Of a stretch of 37,514 nucleotides of DNA, positions 29,437-37,514 are shown in pieces. The stretch is taken from positions 10,113 through 47,626 of the forward strand of contig CAYSPA010000002.1 in the NCBI GenBank assembly GCA_964432835.1. The letters run 5' to 3'. The position numbers and the translations under genes are program-made. Source of the stretch: an uncultured Thermoplasmatales archaeon (GTDB lineage Archaea > Thermoplasmatota > E2 > DHVEG-1 > B18-G2). The number at the start of each line of letters is the position of its first letter. Positions within the stretch are counted from its first letter, which is position 1. The notes beneath the pieces were generated by a model that searched no databases, was not told the origin of the DNA, and was given only the letters and a program-made list of their open reading frames with translations.

Positions 29437-30882
29437 TTGAGGATAAAGGAGCATCCCATTCTGAGCTTCGAGAGAGGCAGAAAAGTTCACTTCTACTTTA
29501 ATGGAAAGAAAATCTACGGATATGAAAACGAGAGCATCGCGGCGGCGCTGATCGCGAATGGCATCACACAGCTATCCAAAAGTCTAAAATACAACAGACC
29601 GAGGGGATTTTTCTGTGGAATAGGAAAATGCGCCTCCTGCAGAATGAGAGTCGATGGGGTTCCAAATGTAAGAACGTGCATAGAGAGAGTGAGAGAGGGG
29701 ATGAAGGTAGAGACACAGGAACCCCTCGCGGAACTTCCCTCGAAAGAGTTCGATGATAAGGGAATCGATACGCTGGAATGTGACGTTCTCGTTATCGGTG
29801 GAGGTCCCGCCGGGATGTGCGCCTCTTTAGAGGCATCAAAATACGGTGCGGATGTTATCATAGTCGATGAAAACCTCAGGCTGGGTGGACAGCTCATAAA
29901 GCAGACGCACAAATTTTTTGGCTCCAGACACGAGATGGCGGGAAAGAGGGGAATAGATATAGCAAGGGAACTCGAGAAAGAGATAGTCGAAAATAGAAGG
30001 ATAAGGGTTTTTCTCAAATCCTCTGTTTTTGGCTATTACGAAAGTGACCATGGGCACCTCTTCGGGATGGCCCAGAGACTGGATGACATGAGCGAAAAAG
30101 TGTACAAAGTAAAGTGCAAAAGCGCGGTCATAGCAAGCGGAGCATCGGAAAACTTCTTGGTGTTTCCAAACAACGACCTTCCCGGCGTCTACGGCGCCGG
30201 CGGGGTGCAGACGCTCGTAAATGTGTATGGCGTCCTGCCCGGAAAAAAGGTCCTTATGGTGGGTTCTGGAAATGTTGGTCTCATAGTTTCCTACCAGTTA
30301 TTACAGGCAGGTATGGAAGTAAAGGCGGTTGTCGAGGCTCTGCCAAAGATAGGTGGATACTTCGTTCATGCTGCAAAGCTCAGAAGATTTGGTGTACCCA
30401 TATATGTCTCTCATACCGTGAAGGAGGTTCACGGAGAAGATAAGGTCGAGGGTGCAACGATAGTGAAGATTGATGAGAACTGGAAGGAGATTCCCGGAAC
30501 CGAGAAGAGGATAGATTGTGATGTCGTCTGCCTTGCGGTCGGTCTTTCTCCCTCGGTTAGAGTCGTATCACTCACCGGGGCGGATATAAGATACATTCCC
30601 GAGGCTGGAGGATATGTGGCGATTCACGACGATTGTATGGAAACGACAAGAAGAGGCATATTTGTGGCGGGAGATTTATCTGGAATAGAAGAGGCATCCA
30701 TCGCCATGCTGGAGGGAAAGCTCGCTGGTCTGTACTCCGCAAAGAGGGCTGGAAAGGATGTGGATGAAGATAAAGCGAATGAATACAGAAAAAGGCTCGA
30801 GGAGCTGAGAGCGGGACCGTTTGGAGAAAGAGGCAGGTTGGCGAAGGAGAAAATCGGGAGGTTGTGGAGGGAATGCCATTAA
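29437..30882 (+). CDS. FAD/NAD(P)-dependent oxidoreductase, sarcosine-oxidase-alpha / L-proline dehydrogenase alpha-like subunit with an N-terminal 2Fe-2S domain
   Basis: N-terminal segment ...FYFNGKKIYGYENESIAAALIANGI...RGFFCGIGKCASCRMRVDG..RTC. Two Rossmann dinucleotide motifs, VIGGGPAGM and MVGSGNVGL. The start codon is TTG. Confidence 0.7.
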   Translation: MRIKEHPILSFERGRKVHFYFNGKKIYGYENESIAAALIANGITQLSKSLKYNRPRGFFCGIGKCASCRMRVDGVPNVRTCIERVREGMKVETQEPLAELPSKEFDDKGIDTLECDVLVIGGGPAGMCASLEASKYGADVIIVDENLRLGGQLIKQTHKFFGSRHEMAGKRGIDIARELEKEIVENRRIRVFLKSSVFGYYESDHGHLFGMAQRLDDMSEKVYKVKCKSAVIASGASENFLVFPNNDLPGVYGAGGVQTLVNVYGVLPGKKVLMVGSGNVGLIVSYQLLQAGMEVKAVVEALPKIGGYFVHAAKLRRFGVPIYVSHTVKEVHGEDKVEGATIVKIDENWKEIPGTEKRIDCDVVCLAVGLSPSVRVVSLTGADIRYIPEAGGYVAIHDDCMETTRRGIFVAGDLSGIEEASIAMLEGKLAGLYSAKRAGKDVDEDKANEYRKRLEELRAGPFGERGRLAKEKIGRLWRECH

Positions 30883-31346
30883 AAGATTATGAACAAACGG
30901 GCGCAATTAGTGTAGATGAAATAAAAAAGCCCGGCGAGGAGCATCTCAAGAGGGGGGTTGCCATAATCGAGTGTGTTCAGGAGATCCCGTGCAATCCCTG
31001 CGTCGATGCCTGCCCCTTTGGCGCCATATCGATGGAAAACCTGAACGCGATTCCGCAGATAGATTACGATAAATGCAGGGGTTGTGGAAGGTGCGTCTCC
31101 GTATGTCCGGGTCTGGCAATATTTGTCGTCAGGGTGAGGGGAGAGGATGGCTTCGTGACCCTACCCTATGAGATGCTACCCATGCCGGAAAAAGGAGAGG
31201 TCGTTGATGTTCTCAACAGGGAAGGTAAGGTGATGGGAGAGGGAGTGGTCACAAATGTGAGGGTAGAAAATAAGACCGGCGTGATAACCGTCAGGGTCGA
31301 TAAGAACCTCATAATGGAGGTGAGGAATATTTGTCCAAAAAGATAG
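30873..31346 (+). CDS. 4Fe-4S dicluster ferredoxin-domain subunit
   Basis: CNPCVDACP and CRGCGRCVSVCP motifs. The ATG at 30873 overlaps the upstream gene by 10 nt. Confidence 0.7.
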   Translation: MPLKDYEQTGAISVDEIKKPGEEHLKRGVAIIECVQEIPCNPCVDACPFGAISMENLNAIPQIDYDKCRGCGRCVSVCPGLAIFVVRVRGEDGFVTLPYEMLPMPEKGEVVDVLNREGKVMGEGVVTNVRVENKTGVITVRVDKNLIMEVRNICPKR

Positions 31347-31603
31347 TTTGCAGATGTGAGGATGTGACCGAAGAAGATATACTGAAGGCGATAGATGAGG
31401 GTTATACGGATTTTGAGGAGTTGAGAAAGAAACTTCGAATAGGTATGGGAACCTGTCAGGGCAGGACATGTATAATGCTTGCGCTCAGGATTCTCGCCAG
31501 AAAGACCGGAAAGAGTATAGAGGAGATTGAGAAACCGAGTTTCAGACCCCCCGTTGTTCCGATAACCCTGGGCTCTCTTGCCGGTGAGGAAGATGAAGGT
31601 TGA
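31331..31603 (+). CDS. BFD-like [2Fe-2S]-binding small subunit
   Basis: CRCEDVTEEDILKAIDEGYTDFEELRKKLRIGMGTCQGRTC is a BFD-like Cys pattern. The only start upstream of the first Cys is the TTG at 31331. Confidence 0.65.
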   Translation: MSKKIVCRCEDVTEEDILKAIDEGYTDFEELRKKLRIGMGTCQGRTCIMLALRILARKTGKSIEEIEKPSFRPPVVPITLGSLAGEEDEG

Positions 31604-32735
31604 TGTCGTCATCATAGGTGGAGGTATAAACGGCTGTTCGCTCGCATACCAGTTATCAAAAAGAGGTATTGATGTTGCTCTCTTTGAGAAAAACTACATC
31701 TGCTCGGGTGCAACGGGTAGATGCGGTGCGGGAATAAGACAGCAGTGGAGTACAAAGGAGAATATAGTGCTGGCAAGGGAAAGCGTGAAGATTTTCAGCA
31801 ATCTCTCGAGGGAATTGAAGGAGGATATAGGTTTCAGGCAGGGCGGATATCTCGTGGCCATACACGATGAAAAGGAGTTGAAAGAGGCGGAGGAAAGGGT
31901 CAAACTGCAGAGATCTCTGGGTGTTGATGTGAAAATCATCGATAAAGACGAGATAAGGGAAATCGTTCCGATACTTGATCCGGATGGAATGCGAGCGATA
32001 GGTGCCACCTTCTGTCCAACCGACGGGCATGCGGACCCTTTCAAGACGACCTTCGCATATGCCAGGAGAGCGATAGATAATGGCGCAAAAATATTCACCC
32101 ACAGAGAGGTTAACAAGATATTCGTGGAGAAGAATAAGGTGAAGGGAGTTGCTGCGGATGGTGAAAGGATTATTTGCGATTATGTGATAAACTGCGCCGG
32201 CGCCTGGTCGAAGATGGTCGCAAAGATGGCGGGCATAGATATTCCGAACAGACCCCTGAGAAAGGAAGCGATAGTAACCGAAAAAATGAAGAGGGTGTTT
32301 GATGCCATGGTTATATCATTCAGGGATGGGATATATTTCAGTCAGCAGAGCGAGGGGAATATTCTCGGAGGGATTCCCGGACCGGATGAGAGGGAGGGAT
32401 ATCTCTACCAGCCCACCTTCTCTTTTTTGAATCACATGGCAAGAACCTTAACGAGATATGCGCCCGTGCTCAAGTTTGTGAGAGTCCTCAGACACTGGAC
32501 TGGATTCTATGATGTATCTCCGGATGCCAGACCCATCATCGGGGAAGATACCGAGATTAAGGGATTCATACACTGCCATGGCTTCAGCGGGCATGGGTTT
32601 ATGTTGTCTCCGATGGTTACCAAGATCATCTCGGATTACATATCGGATGGGAAGGATTCGGATTATCTTCACAGTTTGAGTATAGAAAGGTTCAAAGGTA
32701 AGGATATATCGAGAGAGGTTTCGATTGTGGGGTGA
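31593..32735 (+). CDS. FAD-dependent oxidoreductase (DAO family), sarcosine-oxidase-beta / L-proline dehydrogenase beta-like subunit
   Basis: N-terminal dinucleotide fold VDVVIIGGGINGCSLAYQLSKRG and C-terminal GFSGHGFM. The ATG at 31593 overlaps the preceding gene by 11 nt. Confidence 0.75.
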   Translation: MKVDVVIIGGGINGCSLAYQLSKRGIDVALFEKNYICSGATGRCGAGIRQQWSTKENIVLARESVKIFSNLSRELKEDIGFRQGGYLVAIHDEKELKEAEERVKLQRSLGVDVKIIDKDEIREIVPILDPDGMRAIGATFCPTDGHADPFKTTFAYARRAIDNGAKIFTHREVNKIFVEKNKVKGVAADGERIICDYVINCAGAWSKMVAKMAGIDIPNRPLRKEAIVTEKMKRVFDAMVISFRDGIYFSQQSEGNILGGIPGPDEREGYLYQPTFSFLNHMARTLTRYAPVLKFVRVLRHWTGFYDVSPDARPIIGEDTEIKGFIHCHGFSGHGFMLSPMVTKIISDYISDGKDSDYLHSLSIERFKGKDISREVSIVG

Positions 32736-32772
32736 GGATAACAATAATAAATCCTTATACTATCAAAGGGTG

Positions 32773-34638
32773 ATGAATTACAGAGATATAGGGTTCAGAG
32801 CGGGTCTCGAGATACACCAGCAGCTCGATACAAGGAAGTTATTCTGCAGTTGCCCTTCCACTCTTTCAGAGGAATTCGAGGCGAATTTTGAAAGATTTCT
32901 CAGACCGACGAAAAGCGAGCTCGGAGAGGTAGATATTGCCGCTCTCGCCGAGGCGATGAAAAAGAGAAAATTCGTCTATCTTTCCTCGAAGAAAAACTGC
33001 TGTCTCGTCGAGTGGGATGAGGAGCCACCGCACAGCATAAATAAAGAGGCTCTGGAGGTTGGATTGAAAGTTGCTCTCATGATGGATGCAAGGATCGTGG
33101 ATGAGGTTCACATAATGAGGAAGATAGTTATAGATGGCTCAAACACCACGGGTTTTCAGAGGACCGCCCTTTTAGCTCTCAACGGTAAAGTCAAGGATGT
33201 GGGCATAGAGACCATAGCGATAGAAGAAGATGCTGCGAGGAAAATAGAGGAGAAGGGTAACGTGGTCAAGTATGGAATAGACAGGCTTGGCATACCTCTG
33301 ATAGAGGTTGCAACCTCCGCAGATATCAGAGACCCGAAGCATGCAAGGGAGATAGCGGAGTACATTGGCTCGATCTTCAAGGTCGTGGGAAAATGCAAGA
33401 GAGAGCTGGGTGCGATAAGACAGGATATAAACGTCTCCATCAGGGGAGGGGCAAGGGTCGAGATAAAGGGTGTCCAGTACCTCTCCGCAATAGAAAGGGT
33501 TGCAGAAAAAGAGGTCCTGAGACAGCTTGATCTGATAGAGATTTCGAAGATTTTGAAAGAGAGGAAGGTTAGCGAGGATGATATTGAAAGGTGCGAGCCG
33601 AGAGAGGTCACAGATATGCTCAGAGATTGTAAGTCGAAGATAATAGAGAGGGGGTTGAAGGAGGGAAAGAGAATATTCTGCATAAAGCTTCCCGGTTTCG
33701 GGGGGTTGCTCAAGAGAGAGAATTCCAGACTGGGGAGAGAATTTGCGGTGCATGCGAGGATGAGGTCCGGTATCAAGGGATTGATACACAGCGATGAATT
33801 GCCCGGATATGGCATAGAAAAGAAGTTTGTTGATGAGTTGAGGGAGTTTATGGAACTTGGAGAAGACGATGCCTTTGCGATATTCATTGGTAAAAGGGAG
33901 ATCGTCGAAAAGGCTGTGGAGGGAGTGAAGGAGAGGGCAAAACAGGCACTCAAGGGAGTGCCGGAGGAAGTGAGAAGAGCCCTGCCGGATGATTCGACGG
34001 AGTACATGAGACCTCTGCCCGGAGCTGCGAGAATGTATCCGGAGACGGATATTCCACCCGTGAGAATAACAAAGGAGTATATAGAGAAATTGAAAAGGAG
34101 TCTACCGGAGAAGCCCGAGATCCAGATGAAGAGGATCAGAGAAAAATATAACTTAAACGATGAGCAGGTGAGACAGCTTTTCAATTCGGGTTATTTGAAA
34201 GAATTTGAGGCACTGGCTGAAAGATTTCCGGAGCTGTCCAACGTGATAGCGAGAATCATTCTCAACACCATACCGGAGCTGGAGAGAGAGGGCGTGGATG
34301 TGAGCTGGATCGATGTGGACATTCTTTCGGAAATACTCGGATATCTGAAGAAGGGTAAATTTGCAAAGGAAGCCATACCGGATATACTGCTGAGGCTCTC
34401 CAAGGATCCGGATAGAAGGGTGGAAAGTGTGATAGGGGAATTTGGAAAGGTGGAGATGGAAGAGGTGAGAGAATTCATCAGAAAGGTCGTTCGGGAAAGG
34501 GGCGATTTTGTTAGAGAGAGGGGACTATCCGCTCTCAGCCCACTCATGGGCATCATCATGAAGGAATTCAGGGGTAAGGTCGATGGTAGGATTATAAGCG
34601 AGATGCTGAAAGAAGAAATAGAGAGTTATCTTGGATGA
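32773..34638 (+). CDS. gatE: Glutamyl-tRNA(Gln) amidotransferase subunit E
   Basis: GFRAGLEIHQQLDT.KLFC N-terminus, an AspRS-like insertion and a C-terminal YqeY-like tail. I prefer the ATG at 32773 (MNYRDIG...), which gives about 621 aa. Confidence 0.88.
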   Translation: MNYRDIGFRAGLEIHQQLDTRKLFCSCPSTLSEEFEANFERFLRPTKSELGEVDIAALAEAMKKRKFVYLSSKKNCCLVEWDEEPPHSINKEALEVGLKVALMMDARIVDEVHIMRKIVIDGSNTTGFQRTALLALNGKVKDVGIETIAIEEDAARKIEEKGNVVKYGIDRLGIPLIEVATSADIRDPKHAREIAEYIGSIFKVVGKCKRELGAIRQDINVSIRGGARVEIKGVQYLSAIERVAEKEVLRQLDLIEISKILKERKVSEDDIERCEPREVTDMLRDCKSKIIERGLKEGKRIFCIKLPGFGGLLKRENSRLGREFAVHARMRSGIKGLIHSDELPGYGIEKKFVDELREFMELGEDDAFAIFIGKREIVEKAVEGVKERAKQALKGVPEEVRRALPDDSTEYMRPLPGAARMYPETDIPPVRITKEYIEKLKRSLPEKPEIQMKRIREKYNLNDEQVRQLFNSGYLKEFEALAERFPELSNVIARIILNTIPELEREGVDVSWIDVDILSEILGYLKKGKFAKEAIPDILLRLSKDPDRRVESVIGEFGKVEMEEVREFIRKVVRERGDFVRERGLSALSPLMGIIMKEFRGKVDGRIISEMLKEEIESYLG

Positions 34639-35003
34639 AACTCGAACCACTCGACCCTTTTATCCTGCACCAGTTTTCTTATCCTCTTCTGCTCCTTTGA
34701 TAGCCTGGATGTGTTTGTTTTGATTTCGACAAAAATTATTTTATCCCTCTCGAACTGCACTCCATCCACGGGTGAGCCTATGAACCTGAAGTTTTCCGGT
34801 GAGAAGGGATAGGATTTCATGAAGGGCGCAAACTGCTCCGTGATTTTTCCATATACTGTGGAGAGAGATTGTTTTTGCTGGATGAGTTCCTCGATTTTTC
34901 TCCTGAGCGGTGACACCGCTACCCTGTATATGAATATCAATCCCAGTATCAAACCAAATATCGCTCCTATGAAAAATACCCACACATACGCTAATATCTC
35001 CAT
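34626..35003 (-). CDS. Membrane-anchored endonuclease related to the archaeal Holliday junction resolvase (COG4741/Endonuc_Holl-like)
   Basis: N-terminal TM helix (ILAYVWVFFIGAIFGLILGLIFIY) followed by a coiled segment. Then ...GKITEQFAPFMKSYPFSPENFRFIGSPVDGVQFE.DKIIFVEIKTN.SRLSKEQKRIRKLV.., which matches my recollection of that family pattern (GsPiD...vEvK). Confidence 0.55.
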   Translation of the reverse strand: MEILAYVWVFFIGAIFGLILGLIFIYRVAVSPLRRKIEELIQQKQSLSTVYGKITEQFAPFMKSYPFSPENFRFIGSPVDGVQFERDKIIFVEIKTNTSRLSKEQKRIRKLVQDKRVEWFEFHPR

Positions 35004-35689
35004 CTTATCCTCTTCTTGAAGAGAAACTTGAGATTAGCCCATCCATCCCTGAAACTCTGGAGTTTTGCCTCACCTTCCCTCACATACAGGGTGGATGGGA
35101 TTTCTTTCGCCTTTACACCCTTTGCTTTGAACATCTCTATCTTGATTTCTTCGCTGAAGGGCATGCCATCATCGAACTTCTCGAGGGGTTGTACCCTGTT
35201 CAGGGCGTCTCTTCTGAATATCCACATCCCGGACTGCGAATCTTTTATCCATACCTGGAAGAGAATGCACAGGGTGAGAGAGAGGATGAGGTTTCCGAAT
35301 CTGTGTTTCACGGACATGGCACCCTTTTTGATTTCTGCAAACCTGTTTGTCGTGAGGAAGTCCAAGTTGTTGTTCAAAAGATACTCGATGTATTCGTGGA
35401 TTCTGTCGAAGGGGTAGGTGGCATCTGCGTCTCCAGTAACTATTATATCACCCTTTGCCTCCCTCAATCCCGTCTTGTATGCTCTTCCATAACCCTTTCT
35501 CGGCTCTATTATAACCTTCGCACCCTTTTTCTCCGCTATTTCCCTCGTTCTGTCCGTGGAGTTGCCATCCACGACGAGGATTTCCAGCTCCCATCCCTTT
35601 TTCCTGAAATATTCTCTGTTTATCATATCGATGGTCTTGCCGATTCCCCTTTCTTCGTTGAGAGTTGGTATAACCACCGTTACCTTCAT
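34991..35689 (-). CDS. Family 2 glycosyltransferase (dolichyl-phosphate sugar synthase-like)
   Basis: VVIPTLNEE, VVDGNSTDRT and GDADATYP (DxD) motifs. Length is 232 aa. Confidence 0.8.
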   Translation of the reverse strand: MKVTVVIPTLNEERGIGKTIDMINREYFRKKGWELEILVVDGNSTDRTREIAEKKGAKVIIEPRKGYGRAYKTGLREAKGDIIVTGDADATYPFDRIHEYIEYLLNNNLDFLTTNRFAEIKKGAMSVKHRFGNLILSLTLCILFQVWIKDSQSGMWIFRRDALNRVQPLEKFDDGMPFSEEIKIEMFKAKGVKAKEIPSTLYVREGEAKLQSFRDGWANLKFLFKKRIRWRY

Positions 35690-35730
35690 GATTTCTCATC
35701 TCAGTAAAATCAGAGTCCTTAAAAAGGTTT

Positions 35731-35741
35731 AATAAAAAAAT
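35731..35741 (-). terminator. Oligo-T tract downstream of the surface-protein gene
   Basis: A7 on the plus strand (35734-35740) gives T7 on the minus strand, about 26 nt after the stop at 35766. Further T-runs follow (TTTTTAAGG). Confidence 0.35.
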
Positions 35742-35765
35742 GGGAAAGAAGAGGGGGTTGCTGGT

Positions 35766-37514
35766 TTACTGATGTCTCCTTCTGAGTAGCACGAATGCCA
35801 CGCCGATCGCAGCTATCAATGTTACCAGCTCGAATCCCGGTATTCCGCCGGGAGTTACCGTTATATCGTAGGTTGCCGACTTGTAACCCTCTTTCTCTGC
35901 AACTATCGTGAATGTTGTCTTCTTTTTCACCTGTGGAATCGTGAAGGATACTCCCTCTGGACCGGTGAGGGTCTTTGTCTCGATGACCTGTGTGCCTTTC
36001 TTGAGCGTTATCTTTACTCCGTATACCTGTCCGGCATCGGATGTCACCTTGACCGTTATCTTCTGACCCGGACTTGCCTTGCTTGGTACCGAGATGTAGA
36101 GGTTGAATATGTTCATGATGATTATACTCTCCTCATCGGATCTGTATCCAGGTTTGGTCGCGATGAGTTTGTATGTTGCGTATGGTATCGTTCCCGGAAT
36201 TGATATGTTGAATGATACCTGTCCATTTGAGTCCGTGATCTTTGTCTCTCCGGTTCCCGTGAATTTAACCTGTGCGCCCTTCACCGGGTTTCCTTTTCCA
36301 TCCTTTATCGTGACCGTGAATATTCCCTCTTGCACGGACGGTGGTATCTCTATCTCGAGGTAGTTGGCTGTTACATTTATCTTCGTTCCGGTTGACCTGT
36401 TCTCGATGAGTATGTCTATGTATCCGGTTGATCCCGGCAGGATTGAGAAGGTCGCAACTCCGGATGCATCGGTTGTCGCATTCGAATTGATTCCGGCACC
36501 CTTGAGCGTTACGTTGACTCCGGGGAGTGGCTGACCTCTTCCCGTTACCAGTACATTTACAGTTGTCATCTCTCCAACTGCAACCTTGCTTGGCGTCGGC
36601 TCTACATCTGGCACCTTGACCGGTATGATGCCTTCTGCTTTGGCATATACACTACCGCTTTCTTCTGGTTTAAATTCAAAGGTTATGTTCATCAAGCCTT
36701 TGCCCTCAGGGAGATACTCTGCGGTTATGTTGTGTAAGGTAGCAACGCCATTGATTACCTCCAGCTCTATCGTATCGTTTCCTGCTGTATAGTTCACCCA
36801 TGTCCTGTTGTACGTTCCAACATCGGTAATGTTATATATCTTCAGTGTACCATTTACTGGCTGACCCTGCCATGTTACAGTGAGTGTTGCTGTTATGTTA
36901 TCATCAACGCTCCAAATGAATTCAGATGGATCACATATTACCTGGACAGGTGCAACATATATCGTTGCATTATACCCTTCACTGTCATGTGTATTGTTGT
37001 ATGCATATATTGTGTATGTTCCTGTCTGATTTATCGCTACAGTGAACTCAAGAGAGGTATCTTCAGAGAGATCATCCCAGTCTGGCCATCCATAATCTCC
37101 TGTTACATTCTCTCCGCTTTCGTTGTAGATGAGTATATGGAGTCCTTCGGTGTCAGGTTCGCTCGTCTCGTTTCCGACCACACTTACATTTATCCAGAAA
37201 GTTGTAGACTGCCCAGCCATGAATTTATCTTTTGAAACTTCCACCTTAAGGTCGTTCTTTGGTTTCATGATGGAAGCTGCGTATCCAGCCCCTACATTGT
37301 ATACATAAGCGAATGCAATGATATACCTAGGTGCTTTTGCTTCGTCAAACGGTCCTTCCGGCGCAGTTTGATTTTTCATCTGCTGTGTTGTATTGAACAA
37401 GAAGGTATACTCGCCTGAGGTTGTACCTTTCGTGGTGTGATTAATATGGTTAGAGGCTAATTTCAGTCCATCCCCTGTTGTATCTAGATAATACAGACAT
37501 ACATCTGCATTCGG
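35766..37514 (-). CDS. Cell-surface (S-layer-type) glycoprotein with tandem CarboxypepD_reg/Ig-like domains and a PGF-CTERM sorting signal; 5' end lies outside the window
   Basis: The C-terminus reads TPGGIPGFELVTLIAAIGVAFVLLRRRHQ, which is PGF plus a TM helix plus a basic tail. Three repeats follow the pattern V.V.D..G.P..GA.V......TD..G...F. I counted about 22 N-x-S/T sequons. The frame stays open with no stop from the TTG at 37400 up to base 37514. Confidence 0.8.
   Translation of the reverse strand, partial: PNADVCLYYLDTTGDGLKLASNHINHTTKGTTSGEYTFLFNTTQQMKNQTAPEGPFDEAKAPRYIIAFAYVYNVGAGYAASIMKPKNDLKVEVSKDKFMAGQSTTFWINVSVVGNETSEPDTEGLHILIYNESGENVTGDYGWPDWDDLSEDTSLEFTVAINQTGTYTIYAYNNTHDSEGYNATIYVAPVQVICDPSEFIWSVDDNITATLTVTWQGQPVNGTLKIYNITDVGTYNRTWVNYTAGNDTIELEVINGVATLHNITAEYLPEGKGLMNITFEFKPEESGSVYAKAEGIIPVKVPDVEPTPSKVAVGEMTTVNVLVTGRGQPLPGVNVTLKGAGINSNATTDASGVATFSILPGSTGYIDILIENRSTGTKINVTANYLEIEIPPSVQEGIFTVTIKDGKGNPVKGAQVKFTGTGETKITDSNGQVSFNISIPGTIPYATYKLIATKPGYRSDEESIIIMNIFNLYISVPSKASPGQKITVKVTSDAGQVYGVKITLKKGTQVIETKTLTGPEGVSFTIPQVKKKTTFTIVAEKEGYKSATYDITVTPGGIPGFELVTLIAAIGVAFVLLRRRHQ

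Overview
This window is a gene-dense archaeal chromosomal segment, probably from a thermophilic euryarchaeote. That placement rests on an unsplit rpoB, archaeal BHB-type tRNA splicing, a PGF-CTERM surface protein and GatE. Most of it is conserved information-processing core. One block is the exosome superoperon on the minus strand (psmA, SBDS, rrp4, rrp41, rrp42, eL43, rpoP, pcc1). The other is the RNA polymerase operon on the plus strand (tRNA-Lys, rpoH, rpoB, rpoA1, rpoA2, eL30, nusA). Housekeeping genes lie around them: lhr plus a metallophosphoesterase and taw3, pdxST, nrdDG, queE, gatE and an intron-containing tRNA-Met. A four-gene flavoenzyme cluster resembling the Pyrococcus-type L-proline dehydrogenase / sarcosine-oxidase family follows nusA. 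I found no CRISPR array, transposase, integrase or rRNA. Two AT-richer patches look the least ordinary. The first (7672-8890) holds an orphan protein with a C-terminal HEPN-like R-N-x3-H signature, sitting next to a start-less, stop-interrupted gene remnant. The second (10930-12207) is a 425-aa Cas4-like PD-(D/E)XK Fe-S nuclease with an unexplained C-terminal extension, appended to the tail of the exosome superoperon. A third point of interest is a co-directional cluster at the right edge: a sequon-rich PGF-CTERM surface protein, a GT2 glycosyltransferase and a membrane-anchored Holliday-junction-resolvase-like nuclease. All functional calls come from motif recognition by eye. No database search was run.
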